Below, piece by piece: positions 16,601 to 35,752 of a stretch of DNA of 64,000 bases. The translations under genes and the position numbers were made by a program. The notes below the pieces were generated by a model. That model was not told where the DNA came from, made no database searches, and worked only from the letters and a program-made list of their open reading frames with translations. How positions within the stretch are numbered: position 1 is the first letter of the stretch; every line of letters begins with the position of its first letter. The stretch comes from the human T2T-CHM13v2.0 reference genome, Homo sapiens. The stretch lies in NCBI RefSeq assembly GCF_009914755.1, contig NC_060933.1; one strand, written 5' to 3'.

Positions 16601-18654
16601 TGCTCCAAGCTGTGCTGGGAGACAGAGAATAATAACACCTTTTGGACTGGCCTTTTAAAAATAGAAACAATGGAGTCTGTGGCTTTAGGAGGAGAGGTCC
16701 TGGGAGTCAGAAGCTCAGTCCTGCTAGCTTGTCATTCCTTGGAGGATGCTGGCTACTACTTTGCCCACCGGTAATTGAGGGTGTTGCCCTTGGCCATTTG
16801 GGGTGGGCTTTCTGAGTCTTTTAGAGGTTGCAGAATCTTACATGTGCTATAAACCAAGGACACACCCTACCCAAAATTTATATACACATTCATGCAAAAT
16901 GTGTCATGCAATCTCAGGGTTTCATGGAACCCGCTGACACCCAGTCATGGGCTCCTGGCAATGAATTCCTGATCTCTGGGCTCTATTTGTCTAATAATTC
17001 TATGAAATATGTTTCTTCCAAATTCTATACTCCCCACACCCTCCATAAAATCATTTTTTAAAACATTTTTTTGTCTTCATTTATTTAAGAAACATTTATT
17101 GAGTGCTACCCACTCCTGTGGAAAAGTCCAGTATTGCTGGGAGAGAGAAAAGAGGAAAGGCCTCCACCTGGGGTGTCTGCAAGAAGGGCACGGACATTGG
17201 AGGTGCAGATGCACTGAAGAACTGATGGGCAAGCAAGATAGATGGTCAAGGTTGGCACTCAGAGGGGTGACCGTTACCCGCCCCTCCACCCCTTTCCCCG
17301 GCTTGTTGTAAGGGCAAGATCCTTCCCTCAACTCCAGAAATGAGTCATCATGTGTCTATGCCAGCCCTGGCAATCCCATTCCCCTTTTTGAGTGTTTCCA
17401 ACCCCAGTTTTGGACAAAGAGACCTAAGGGAAGTCAGTGTGCGACCCTCAATTCCTAGAAAAAAGACAGAGCCTCAGAAAGAAAAGGCTTTTGGGCTGGA
17501 TTACAGGTGGCTCACACCTTTAATCCCAGCACTTTGGGAGGCCAAGGCAGGTGGATCACTTGAAGTCAGGAGTTCGAGGCTAGCCTGGCCAATGTGGTGA
17601 AACCCCATCTCTATTAAAAAAAAAAAAAAAAAAGAAAGAAGAAAAAGAAGAAAGAAAAGACTTTTGGACCATGCCTGTTCTTTCTGCTTTGGAAGGTTGG
17701 TAGCAGAGTTTATGCCTAATTGCTATCTTGTGACTTTGAGATGACAAGTGTGAACATGAAAAACTAACAGCTTAGGCGGAGCCAAAAGATAGGAAGAAAC
17801 TGGGCTGTTGATCCCAGTGCTCATCACCTCTGAGCGGCCCTGCATCCTCTGGCTCCTAGTCTTCTAGGAGACATAATAAGGTCTATTTCATTTAAGCCAC
17901 TATTGGATGGGTTTTGTAACTTTTAGCCAAAACCATTGGTCACTGATTCAGGTGAACAGTCCCAGAAGTACGGGGTATGCACAAAGGACTGATGGATTTC
18001 TAAGCAACAGGACCATTGTGGTGACACGTCAATCAAGTCACCCACCTGATAGTATTCCCTTCTCAGAGCATGCGTATTCTCACAAGGCTTACTGAGAAAA
18101 AATGAAATTGGTCCACACCTTTCCCAAAAAATATTAGAGGTCATTGGCCAGTGGGTAGTACGGTGTTCATCCAGGGATACCCCTTTGTCTTTTCCCTAAG
18201 GCCAAGACAGACATAGGGCTCAAACTGGGGTGTCTGCAAGAAAGGACACTGGTAGTCTGTTCCACCGTTGGACATCTGTTTAGCCAGCTGATTTGCAAAA
18301 CTTCTCATCTACTACTTGAGCTGGGGAAAATACTTACGAAATGGCATGGCGGAGGCTGATCAGGTAGAGAGGGTGCCAGAAAGGTCACCTTGAATTCTTA
18401 CTCCCTAGGAATTAAAAAAGATGAACTCCACACCTTCACATAAAATACACTGTGAATGGTGCCTGAGGAGGTGGGCAAACATGGTGGTCCTGTTGCACTT
18501 CAAGGGAAGAGCTGGGAAGTCCATGGCCGAGTATCACCACCTCTAATGTTGAAGGGGATGGTAATACTCAGTCTGGCATCTGTTACTAAGATCTGTCCCC
18601 AGACCATTTGTCTTCTAGAGGGGGTTACAATTAAAACTTGATGGACTGTCTCTG

Positions 18655-19431
18655 ATTCCCATGACACCAACTAGGTGTACAACAATCCGATCCTATTCTG
18701 ACATCGACTAACCAGAATTAGTGTCAGACTCCATAGGTTTAAGGGCTCAGTGCCACAAGACAGCCCTCACTTGGGACGCCAGCCATAAGTCCTGGGTTTC
18801 TGGGCTACCTGCACTTTTGTCCAATTTGGCTACAAATTCAGAAATCCCCATGGCCCATGCCTGCTTCAGGTACTATAATTTGCTAGAATGACTCACAGAA
18901 CTCAGGAAAATACTATACCTACAGTTTATTATAAAGGATACGAATGAACAGCTAGATGAAGAGGGGCATAGGGTAAAGTCTGGAAGGGTCCCGAGTTCAG
19001 GAGCCTCTGTCCCTGTGGAGTCAGGGTGCACCACCCTCTCCATCCATGGATGTGTTCATCAACTCAGAAGCTCTGAAACCCTTCTGTCTCCTTTGGGGGA
19101 TTTTATGGCAATTTCATTACATAGGCATGGTTGATTAAATCATTGGCTATTGGTGATTGAGCTGAAACTCCTGCCCCTGTCCCCTCCCCAGTGGGACTGG
19201 ATGTTGCATCCCTGTAATCACATGATTGATTCCTCTGATGACCAGCCCCATCCTGAAGTCATCTAGGTGCCCAACAAGATTGACCTTATTCACATACACT
19301 TTCATATATGGCTGGAGACAGATAAGGACCCAAAGTCTCCTTTGAGTAACAAAAGACACTCCTTTCACTCAAAAAATGTCAAAGGATTTAGGAGCTCCTT
19401 GTCAAAAACCAGGGACAGGACAAGGACCAAA

Positions 19432-19486
<55 letters not shown>

Positions 19487-19494
19487 ATACCACA
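18655..19494. mobile_element. MER21-family LTR with (TA)n(CA)n microsatellite at 19436-19486
   Basis: gtgtcagactccataggtttaagggctcagtgccacaagacagccctcac and gctagaatgactcacagaactcagg motifs; ends ...ataccaca. Confidence 0.75.
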
Positions 19495-20493
19495 GTGTGT
19501 TTCACCAATTATTGATTAAGAAGTGTTAACTTTTGGAGTATAAATAGGGTTACTAGGACCCTTCTGAGGACGAAAAAGGATGCATAAACCAGGAGTGTCC
19601 TGGGCAAATTAGAGTGTGTGGTCCCCTTAATATAGAAATTGCTTCCCCTCTTTCAGTAGGTGCACTAACTAACACATACCTCCCCTGTTTCCCTGCCCCC
19701 CCCCCGCCCCCACTTTGCCTTTCCCATTGAATAATGAGTTCCATGATGTCATCTTGGTAAGGTTCCTTAATTTACCTTCACTTTTGGTCAGAGGTATCCA
19801 ATTAAGGTGCCACAGCACACTGAACTATTAAGGTGCAGGACAGATGGAGAAATAAATCCCTTAACCCTCTGAGTAGCCTGGGTAGGGCCTGGGGCTGTCA
19901 GAGCTCTTGGCCAGTTGCCTTGGCCGAGTGGTCAACAAATGTCATCCTTTTCTTTGAGATTTGGAAGCACTGTTTTAGGCTGTTAGTAAAATCTCATTTT
20001 GACATTTATGATACAATTCTGTTTGTTCAATTATTTCACTTCAATTCCAAATGCAATTAAAACTCTTTTTCTCCTCTTTTGTGTTATGAGCTAGGAACAG
20101 GAGCTCCCTCTGGGTGGACAGAGAATGTGATGGCTTTGGCAGGCAGAGTAAGCATTGGATCTCAGCCCCTGTCCACATCTCAGCTGCGAACCCTTGTGCT
20201 AGGCACAAAACATTCATGGTCCTATGGGCACACTCCACAGAATACACACCACAGAAGATGCCATGTAAACACTGTCCCTGGAGTTGTGCAGTGCCATTAC
20301 CCTGGGCTGCTTCCTCTCCTAAGAGCTGACTGTGCTGCAAATAGTCAGTTCCACTATAAGATGACTTATGTGTTCCTGAAAATCATTGTGCTATATAAAA
20401 TTGTGTGATTAAAAATCACAGGGTAGGCCAGGTGTGGTGGCTCATGCCTGCCATCCCAGCACTTTGGGAGGCTGAGGCAGGTGGATCAGCTCA

Positions 20494-20816
<323 letters not shown>

Positions 20817-20896
20817 TTAAAAGAAAGTTAGGAAACTAATAAAAATGGTAGCACAGTCTCACACATATTAGATGGTTAAGAAAGACATAAACGCCA

Positions 20897-21310
20897 TACT
20901 ATTGTTTGAATGTGTCCCCCAAATTTCATGTGTTGGAAACTGAATCCCCAAATGCAGCACTGTTGAGAAGTGGCACATTTTAGAGGTGATTAGGTCATGA
21001 TGGCACTGCCCTAATGAATAGATTAATGCTATTATCACGGGACTGGGTTAGTTATTGTGGGAGTGGGTTCCTGATAAAAAGGATGAGTTCAGCGCCCTTC
21101 CCTTCTTTCTCTCTCTTTTTCACTCATGTGCTCTCTTGCCCTTCAGCATTTCACCATGGCATGATGCGGCATGAAGGCCCTTGCTAGAAGCCAGTGCCAT
21201 TCTCTTGGACTTCCCAGCCTCCAGAACCGTGAGCCAAATAAATTTCTGTTGATTATAAATTACCCAGTTGGTGGTATTCTGTTGTAGCAACACAAAACGG
21301 ACTAAGACAC
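20897..21310 (+). mobile_element. MST-type MaLR LTR
   Basis: tttgaatgtgtcccccaaatttcatgtgttggaaac...ccagcctccagaaccgtgagccaaataaatttctg...actaagaca. Confidence 0.8.
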
Positions 21311-21405
21311 ACTACAATAAATGTGGCAGTTTATCTTGAATAAAACCTGAAGTTTAAAGTTCAAGAAAGAGTGACAGCTTGTGAGATACTGTGCAGTGGC
21401 AGAAG

Positions 21406-22333
<928 letters not shown>

Positions 22334-22489
22334 GAAGGAGGGTCATCTGAAATCGGAACATCAGCTGTAACACCATTTGTAGGGAGGTATGGCTTATAAC
22401 ACACCCACCTGGAGAACTGAGACAGCTAGTAGGTGTTTGAAGTGTATGTATTTGTATGTTTTGTTGAATTCCTATTCAGCATTCCTGTG

Positions 22490-23109
22490 GATGCTGTTGA
22501 ATTTTATTGGAGTCCTCTTATCCCGGAAGACAGCAATAGGTAAAGAAATCCTGTCACCCTTCTGTGTTCTGGAAACAGCTTACTACAAAGAGTGACACTT
22601 CACATGTGACTTAGATAAGCCTCATGGAAGCCCCCTTGTTAACCTATGACAAGGCCAGACACAGATCCTCCAAACTGCTGTTCTCATAAGCCTTGTAAAA
22701 TGCTTAGCTGAACTGGTTTGCCCCACTGATCAATCAGAAACAAAATCCTTGTTAACTAAACTCAGGTTAAGCTCCTCTCTTTCCCTGAGGCTCCTGAGCC
22801 TTGGCCCACCCTCAACCTCAGCCAGCAGACAGCCCCTCCCTATGAGAGATCCTCCTGGGAGCAGGCTGACATTCTCTGATCTGCTCTATTTGATCACACA
22901 CGGCCTTTTATCTTAGTGTTCACACTGGTTCTTTCTAGCCTTGTTTACTTCTCTCCATAAAAGAAAAACTGGTTTTGCCTAACCCTGGAGATGCTTACAA
23001 ATCTCGTGGTTAAAGTGTTCTTTCTTTTGCAATAGTCCACTGACCTTTGTGAAAAATCTTCAAATAAAAGTTTTCTTACCTTGGTCTAGATTTGTTTTTC
23101 ACTTGACAC
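22490..23109 (+). mobile_element. ERV LTR (subfamily not assigned)
   Basis: LTR-like layout with AATAAA near 23063 and a ...ttgaca end; interrupts the MER82-like element. Confidence 0.5.
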
Positions 23110-23470
23110 TGTATGGCTCAGTTCAGCTGGAAGCAGTTTTCTGTTTTCACCTAGTGTCCTGTGGATGAAATCACACGTAAACAAATGCAAAATTTGCATT
23201 ATGCTCAAATTGTTCTTCAATATATCAATTGCATTGGAACAAATTTGCATTTTCAAAACAAATGTTAAAGCAGAACAGACTATAGATGTCTGGTCCAGAC
23301 ATTTTGAACCTCAGTGGTGGACACAAATTATTTACATGCCAGGGTCCCTGTTAACGTGACAGTTTTTTTTTTAACTTATGGAAAGAGAGATGCTAGGTGA
23401 GCGTTTTGGTACTTGGCAAAAATCCATGACATCTCAATCGTCTCTCACCCTTATCTTTGTCTTTAAGTAA

Positions 23471-23692
<222 letters not shown>

Positions 23693-24048
23693 TGAACTCC
23701 TGACCTTGTGATCTGCCTGCCTTGGCCTCCCAAAGTGCTGGGATTACAGGCATGAGCCACCATGCCTGGCAAAGTAAAACCTTTCTTCATGGGCTTCTTC
23801 TGAGAATTGACCTCAGATTCATACAAATGGTAGAAACTCAAGGTGAGAAGGAATTTAAAAATCGTGTACTCTGACATCTTCATCTTACAAAGAAAGAAAG
23901 CGATGTTGCTGACCATGAGCTCCCTGAGGCAGATCCTGGGCTAGATTCACATCTGAGACCCTCATGCCTAGCTCTAGACCTGGTACAATCAGGTACTCAG
24001 GTGTGTGTGCTGTTTTGAATCGAAATGAATTACCCAAAGGGAAAATAA

Positions 24049-24273
<225 letters not shown>

Positions 24274-25152
24274 TAGAGACAAGATTCTCCCTATGTTGTC
24301 CAAGCTGGTCTTGAACTCCTGGACTCAAGCAATCCTCCCACCTCAGCCTCCCAAAGTGTTGGGATTACAGGCATGAGCCACTGTGCCTGATCAATGGCCT
24401 CTTGAATGACACCAACTGGTCAAAGTCTTCCTTCCAAAGCCAATCAACAATTCCCATTGTTGTCAGTCCCACCCTCCAGTTGTTTCCTAAACCACCAAAA
24501 ATACAGAGCACCTTTGTGCTCAGGGAAGACTGAGTTGAACCTGTTTTCCCTCTTTGATTGTTTTTGGCTGTATCAAAGTGGGTGGTGTGGATTATAAATG
24601 GTCAGACTACACATTCTAAAATGTGACTCCTTTGAGAGTTTTTAATCTATCCTAGACACAGGCACAGCACGAAAAGAGAAAACATCCCAGCTTCATTAGG
24701 GGAAATTTATAGCTTGCCTAGGGTCACCATGGCAACCAAAAGACAGGAACTATTTGTAGATGCCAGTATCTGCAGAAGAGCTCAGGTAAGGGACGGAGCT
24801 ACATTTACTGACAACAAACTATGCATCAGGTTGCTTAGCACCCATTGCTTTATTCAATCCTTAAAAACACATGTGAGATAGTGTTCTCCCATTCAGAACT
24901 GAGGAAATTGAGGCTCAGAGGCTGAAAGCCATTCATTGAAGACCACACAAGACTGATCTGAACTGAGGTCTGTCTGACTCTAAAGTCTCCATGAGTTGGG
25001 CCTTTTAAGATTGTGAGAGAAGCTGTGCTCAGGTTGAGGCAGATGGTGGAAATTGTTTTAAAAGTGCACAGATGGCCGGGCGCGGTGGCCCACGCCTGTG
25101 ATCCCAGCACTTTGGGAGGCCGAGGCAGGTGGATCAGAAGGTCAGGAGTTCA

Positions 25153-25608
<456 letters not shown>

Positions 25609-25629
25609 TCAAGGCTCATTCCTTGTCTA

Positions 25630-26405
<776 letters not shown>

Positions 26406-26638
26406 CTTCAGGGCTACAGGTCACATGAGTAAAAGCATGGCAACCCGTGTGCAAGGATCTGCTGCCTCTGACCACTTGGCTCATGAATGAACTGAGGGAG
26501 TGGCAGACGCTGAGTGTGGTCTCGATTCTTCGGTCAACCCAAATAACAGAGAGAGAAGCTCTCCAAGAGAAAATGATGTTTGTTACTGAGGAATGAGCAT
26601 TGCAATGGGAGTACAGGTGGGTATATTCGGGGAAGTAA

Positions 26639-26841
<203 letters not shown>

Positions 26842-29695
26842 TAGTACAGATGGGGTTTCGCCATGTTGGCCAGGCTGGTCTCGAACTCCTGACCTCAGGT
26901 GATCCACCCGCCTCGGCCTCCCAAAGTGCTGGGATTACAGGTGGGAGCCACCGCGCCCGGCCCGCAGAAGTAGTTTTTGTGGGCTATTGTAGCAACTTTT
27001 GTGCAAGGTTGTTTTTGTAGTCCCTTGTGACTGTTCTTGTTACCAGGTGCATGTGCACGAGATCCCCCCTTCGTGGCTTCATTTGTCAATTTGGTTTGAC
27101 ACAAGTGATTCCATTTTGATTCTGATAACTTTTGTACTTTTCTTTTTTGATCAAGATCTTTCTCTGAAAGCATCTTTGATTAATTATCTTTTGGTTAGCT
27201 TTTGACTGTCTGTTGGTGTGGAGGTAACCTGTCCTGAGTTGTTAGTCTGGTCCCACATCAGAAGGAATTAACTGGCAACTAGGAGTAAGTGTCAAAACCC
27301 TTTTAGCCACATTTGAGTAACAAGGGAGGTTTGGAGGGGGTGCCTGTCAGGCGAAGTCTATCTAGAGTCCATCGTCAAGTTTAATTTTGTCTGTTCCGTA
27401 GGCATTGGCTAGCATTCAAAGCCCTGGGACAGCATTATTGTTAGAAGTCCTACTGCTGCAGAAATTTAACAGACAACAGATACAAAGTTTAAAAAGGAAA
27501 ACACAAAATATCACTGATACTACTATGATAATTTCAGCTTGCCTAATAGTTTTGAACCATGAACGAAGGTTTAAAGGCAACCGACTAATAAATCAAATGA
27601 CTATGTCGAATTAGGTGAGACCTATTGCTTCCATGTGGCCTGTTTTCTTATTTTGTGTATTTGGGTCTCGACTTCCCCAGAGGAATTTATCTGAGTACAG
27701 CATGTAGTGTTAGCAATAGCACAGACACTGCCTTTTTCAGCTGGATAATCAAGAGCAATTCTATCATCTATTATCTCATGACTGGGTTGAGTTAAAGCAA
27801 AGAGTGACAGTTGTATTAGGGATTTTGTTAAAGTTACCTATTGGATGCACTAAAGGATTTTTTTTTTTTTAGGCTATGTAAATACTTAGGATTGGCATGA
27901 CAGATACAACATTTGGTCAAGTTCCCTGCAGAAGCTGCTGAATGTGAAATTTTAATTACATCATTATTATGCCAAGTGAAAAAGTTAGGCATAAGCAAGG
28001 AAAAATTCAGAGGGGCAAGAGTCTCATTATGACGGGAAATCTTATTCCATCATTTTAGGAACAGCATGCCCACAGCATGAAGATGTCAACTGCTCATTCT
28101 GGTTTGTAGTTTAAATGTCTCTGGTTATGGCATTGGGTGGTTTGGTGAACTTTTGATGTGACCCACACATCAGGCGTGAGTCTTGACCCTTGAAATTTAC
28201 ATCAAGTTGTCTAACTTCAGCTTACAGGGCTTCAGGAAAGAGCAGTTCCCATTCTTAGTAATTCCATGGGAGAAAAGTGGATTGGAGGAACCTAGAAGAA
28301 TTTAAGATCCAGTTCAATCCACAGGTAAATAAAAAAACTCAAACAAACAAACAAAAATACCCCACACAGGGTTACAATCTAATAACAGGTATAGTCTAGC
28401 TTTTCTTCAGAAACATAGAAACACGATTTTTCTTTCTACAGTCATTCTGATTTCTACCAAAGATAATCCGAGTAAGACTAATTTGTTGTTATTTGTGTTT
28501 TATCAAATTTGGCCTGATAAATTCACACAAGCACAGCAGAAATAGTAATTGACCACATAGGAATCTCAGATTTGACTTTTAAAAATTTCTCAAGGCTAGA
28601 AAGCTAATCTACGGCAGACTTCAGACTTTTTCTGCTATACCTATAAATAACTTAAAATATGACATTCCATTTAAAAGCCTGGTAACGTAACCAATGTTTC
28701 CAACTATACCTTGTTATTTAAAAAGCAGCTTCTAATTAAACTTATGCAGACAACTTCATTGCCATAAAAATTAAGCATACTCACAAATAGTTTCCAAATT
28801 TTGGAGGGACAGAGAAAAAGTAAGTGTTGCCAGTTTTGTTCACAAAAGTATACTTTACCAAATTGTTGTAAACTATAGATATCTTGAGAGAGAAAGTCTC
28901 CTTAAATCTGGAAAACAAAACATGTAAGTAAAAAACCAACAATGTTTCAAATATCTGTCTTCATTAGATATTTAATCTCATGTAATTAATTTTTGTTCTG
29001 TTTAATCTTAGTTGTCAGTTTCATGAATTTATCAGTTTCTTCATGGGGGTCCTGAATATCTTTATTTAGTCCATTGATCTTAAACTTATCAGAAACCCAT
29101 ATTCAGGAGTACTTGCCAGAGTCTTTTCCATGAATCTGATTGCAGATGCATTTAAAGAAGAATTAAAACTGTGGAAGACAGAGGCTTAAAACAGCCATGG
29201 TTAAAAATCTGATGAGAGTTCAGCAATTGACAAGGAAACTCAGTTATGTTTATTGCATACAGCATTTTAAGACAACAACCAGAAAAATGACTAACAGTAT
29301 CACATTAGGACCATCAAACATTTATAAATTTTACATAATTTTTAGATCTTTCACATCAATAACATAGCCATATAAATATAACTTAGAGAAGACTTAGTGT
29401 CACTTTGTTATTTGATCCCATCTGTGCCTCCAACGCTTCTCATACAACTCAATACATCAAACAAGCCTAATTAGTTTAACAGCTCTACAAGCTGAAAAAT
29501 ACATTGTTTGAGGCTCTCCAGGAGCCCAACTAGAAAATCTCAAAGATAATTCTAGGTTGAAAAGACTTCATTTAGAACTCTGATATTGAGAAAGCTGGCC
29601 AAATATGTCAAAAAGTATAAAACATTTAATTAAAACAGAATTGCAGATCATAGTGAAATAATAGTTGTTCACTTAACAAGAGTGACTGAAGATTT

Positions 29696-29769
29696 CAAGG
29701 TCTGAGGGTGGCACATCTCACACACGAGTGTGAACACTCAGTCATCATCCTTATGAACTACAAAAGGAT
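29696..29769 (-). pseudogene. 3'-truncated U13 snoRNA (SNORD13) retropseudogene
   Basis: Reverse complement ATCCTTTTGTAGTTCATAAGGATGATGACTGAGTGTTCACACTCGTGTGTGAGATGTGCCACCCTCAGACCTTG matches U13 nt 1-74; 14-bp TSD GTGACTGAAGATTT at 29682-29695 and 29771-29784. Confidence 0.92.
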
Positions 29770-30073
29770 CGTGACTGAAGATTTTAAAAGTAAGCTGAGC
29801 ATGATGGTGTGCACCTGTAGTCCCAGCAACTTGGAAGAATGAGGTGGGAGGATCCCTTAAGTGTAGAAGTCTCAGGCCAGACTGGACAACATAGTGAGAC
29901 CCTATCTTAAAGAATAAAAATTCCAAAGGCAAATGCAGAAAGTTGCATGTATGTTTTATTAAAAAAAAAAAAAGGCTAAAGACTCAGTTTTCCTAAGTAA
30001 TCAAAAACCTGGCCGGGTGCAGCAGCTCACGCCTGTAATCCCAGCACTTTGGGAGGCTGAGGTGGGTGGATCA

Positions 30074-30379
<306 letters not shown>

Positions 30380-30985
30380 CTAGACCAATTACCAAAAAAT
30401 AAATACTCCTGCAGTGTAATTGCTTCTTATAGGAAGTCCTTTTAGATAATCTGAAAATCTAACCTAATGAAAAGGTACTTGAATTCAAATTGACACTGGA
30501 TGAGTGTGTGTCCAAGGTTATGAGTATACACTATATTATAGAAGAAGTAAACAAAAAAAATAAGTACCTTGAGCAGGGAAACATATGGCTCTTAGAAAAA
30601 GTGAAAGCACATTAAGTTTCCTTGTTACATGGAATAATTCAGACATTTCAAGAAAAGCCAACAGCACAGAATCAAGTTATTCTTGGAGGAAAACATTGCT
30701 TTTCTAGACCTTTAAGACAAACATATCAGCATTAGGCCTCAACAGCAGAGTTAGAACCAGAGAAAATAAATGCAGAAGCTTACCAAAATGTCAAGGGAGT
30801 GAGTCATTAAGTTGATTAAGAAAAAAAAAAAGTGTGGCCGGGTACGGTGGTTCATGCCTGTAATTCCAGCACTTTGGGAGGCCGAGGCAGGTGGATCACG
30901 AGGTCAGGAGTTCGAGACCAGCCTGGCCAACACAGTGAAACCCCGTCTCTGTTAAAAATACAAAAATTAGCCGGGTGTGGTGTCA

Positions 30986-31192
<207 letters not shown>

Positions 31193-33012
31193 TCATGTGC
31201 AATGAGGTGCAGCAGAAGTTGAGCTTCTGAGACATAAATCTGAAAATCTTCAAGAGAAAGACTCTATTTTGAGAAAGTAACTTACTAATTTAAAAGATAG
31301 CATTCTAAACCTAGAATTAGGGAAATTAAACAGAAACCATAAAACAGGAAGAGGTTATAGTTCAGAAGATGGTAAAAAATTTAAAGAATCAGATTTCAGG
31401 GTTTTTGTTTGTTTGTTTTTTTAGAGATAGGGTCTTATTATGTTGCCCAGGCTGGAGTACAGTGGTACCATCATAGCTCACTGCAGACTCAAACTCCTGA
31501 GCTCAACTGATCCTCCCACCTCAGCCTCCTGAGAAGGTTGGGGGGTGGGGGAGGAACTAAAAGTGTGCACCATCATACCTGGCTAATTTTTAATTTTTTT
31601 TGGTAGAGATTGGGGTCTCATGATATTGTCTAAGCTGGTCTCAAACTCATGGCCTCAAGCAATCCTCCTGCCTCGGCCTCCCAAAGCACCAGGATTACAG
31701 GTGTGAGTCACCACATCCAGCCAGATTTCAGAATTAAAAACCAAAACCTGTGGTAATTTTTTTTTTAACTAAGAGCAATGATACTCCAGGAAACCCTTGC
31801 TGCTTTAAACATAGAGAACTAGTTTTGGGTTTTGTATCAGTATATTCAATTTTCAGAAAAATTTATAAACAATTTCCTTCTAAATTTAGCCAACTTGATT
31901 ACATACAAAATTTATTTCATAAGATTCATCTTTCACAAACCTTTTGCAAGTTGCTCAAACCTCTTATGGCTTGCTTAGGCCTAATTTTGTTTTAGACTTT
32001 CTTTTTTAATATTGGAACAAATAATTATTCTACCTTAGGACAAAAATTTGCTTTTCTTTTTCTTTATCATTTTTACCACACAAGATTCTTTCTCATACAA
32101 AGTTATGTATCTTTTTCATCTTTCTTACCAAAGATACCTTCTCATATTTATAATTTTCTTTGCATGTCTCTTCCTACTTATTGATTTCTTTGCCTTGTTT
32201 TTATTTTCTTCTTAAATCTATATTTTGAAACCACCTTTAAATAATGTCTGAATTAGATATAATTATTATTTTTAAATTAAAAACATATATTCATGTTCTT
32301 TTTTAAAACAATTTTTTACTGGCTAGGTGCAGTGGCTCACATCTATAATCCCAACACTTTGGGAGGCTGAGGCAGGAGAACTGCTTGAGCTCAGGAGTTT
32401 GAGACTAGCCTGAGTAACATAGCAAGACTCCATCACTACAAAAAAAAAATTTAAACAATATTAAAGTAGCCTTATTCATCAAAGAATTACACAAAGATAA
32501 TTTTGCTTTTAAGGCTGGATTTGTGGGTCTATGACCTTAGAACATCTAGCGGAGACAAATATAGAACTTTCTGACCAGTAAACTCAGGCAAAAATTTATG
32601 CTAAGAATTCTGAAGACATTTTTATTTTTATTTTACCAACAATTTTTTTTTTCTTTTCTTTTTTGAGGTGGAGTTTCACTCTGTCACCAAGGCTTGAGTG
32701 CAATAGCACGATCTCAGCTCACCGCAACCTTCACCTCCCAGGTTCAAGTGATTCTCCTGCCTCAGCCACCTGAGTAGCTGGGATCACAGGTGTGTGCCAC
32801 CATGCCCAGCTAATTTTTGTATTTTTAGTAGAGTTGGGGTTTCACTATGTTGACCAGGCTGGTCTCAAACTCCTGACCTCAAGTGATCTGCCCACCTCGG
32901 CCTCCCATAGTGCTGGGATTACAGGTGTGAGCCACCATGTCCAGCCTATTTTACCAACAATTTTAAGATTAGTTTACTTACAAAAGATTTACCCACCAGG
33001 CGTGGTGGCTCA

Positions 33013-33297
<285 letters not shown>

Positions 33298-33846
33298 TTA
33301 TGTTCATGTGAACTTAAAAGCATTTGTGTTAATTACTATATTTCTAATAAATTACTTTTTAAGCACTTAATTATTTTCCTTCAAGCCAATTAGAGATCTC
33401 TGTAAATTTAAAATAATATACATAAAATATGTAGACACAAAAACGTAAAAACATATAGATGAAGAAAAACAAAAAAATTATAGTTTTTACTTTAAAATTC
33501 TAATCATCACACAGTAAAACAGTAATAAACTTGTCAGCTTATAAAAATACAGTTGGATCCAAATTATATCCCTAACAAAATGGGACAAGTTAGGGTCATG
33601 TTCATATGGCTAAACTTGAAAATTTTTATTTGTCCTGAGATGTAATATTATGAAGGCTGTGAACCAAATTTTGGGCAGTTTCCATAGCACTTTGGTTTTA
33701 AAAAGGCTTTTTTTTTTTAACCTTCTCCCCCCCTTTTTTCAGTTTCAAATGAGTTGTTCTAGTGAACTCTTGGATGTTTATATTTCATTTAGGGGTTGGA
33801 GGAAAAATGAAAAGCTCCAAGCAGCCTTTAGTGAAAGATTTATCTT

Positions 33847-34288
<442 letters not shown>

Positions 34289-34753
34289 TTAGAAAATTCA
34301 AATAATTCCCATAATGGCCATAAATTATCCTTGGTATAGATTGCCCATCAGTTTAAAAATGTGCATGAGATTAGGCCATCAATTTTGAATATCTTTCCAG
34401 CTGGAATGCCATCCCAGAAAGTCTGGCATGCCTAGAATTTTGAGAATCCTGTCCAATTTTTTATTAATCTTTTGAGAGCAGAAGAAACCCCTATAAGCCC
34501 TGCTGGGAATGTCAGGGGCTTGGACCCGTGTTTTTTTTTTTTTACAGTGTACCTGGCACAGAATACTTTTTTTATACCTGGCAGATGGCCTTTATCCGAA
34601 GTTGTCCAACCTGTGACCAAGTTTTTCCTAGTCACATGGCAATTTTCTTGAGACTGGCAGGCACCCCAGTAATAATCATACCTGTTTATCTTAACATGGG
34701 AGACTTTTTCTTCAGGGACAAGAGTCCCTCATAGATGGTGGCAACTACCCTAG

Positions 34754-34993
<240 letters not shown>

Positions 34994-35437
34994 TGATCTG
35001 CCCGCCTCGGCCTCGCAAAGCGCTGGGATTACAGGCCTGAGTCACCACGCCCAGCCCCTAGTGGCTTTTCATTGGCCCACCTGTGCCCACCACTTAGAAT
35101 GTTTATTTTTTGCCCTCAGAAAATGTTCAGAAACAAGCAGGGAAAAATAAAAGAACCCCCAAATCATTTGCAGATACACGTAACCAATCCAAAATGATAT
35201 CAAAGTAAGACAGCCTCAAAAATTTTAAGCCAGGTGTGTGGACCACAGGAAATATTATATCAGGCATGCAGAAAAAAACAAAAGAGAATTCACCGGAAAA
35301 GGGGTGCCTCACAGAGAGAACATAAATTCTGTACAAACCAGACTTTGCTCTGTGATGATGCTATCCTCATAGGACGTGCTTGCCAGAAAAGACAAAAGCC
35401 TTTTATAGTCCCAAGAAGGATGCAAGGTCATTTATTA

Positions 35438-35752
<315 letters not shown>

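Noticed and set aside
19690-19712. C-rich tract (possible minus-strand G-quadruplex)
   Set aside because: Isolated short homopolymer-like tract with no supporting context
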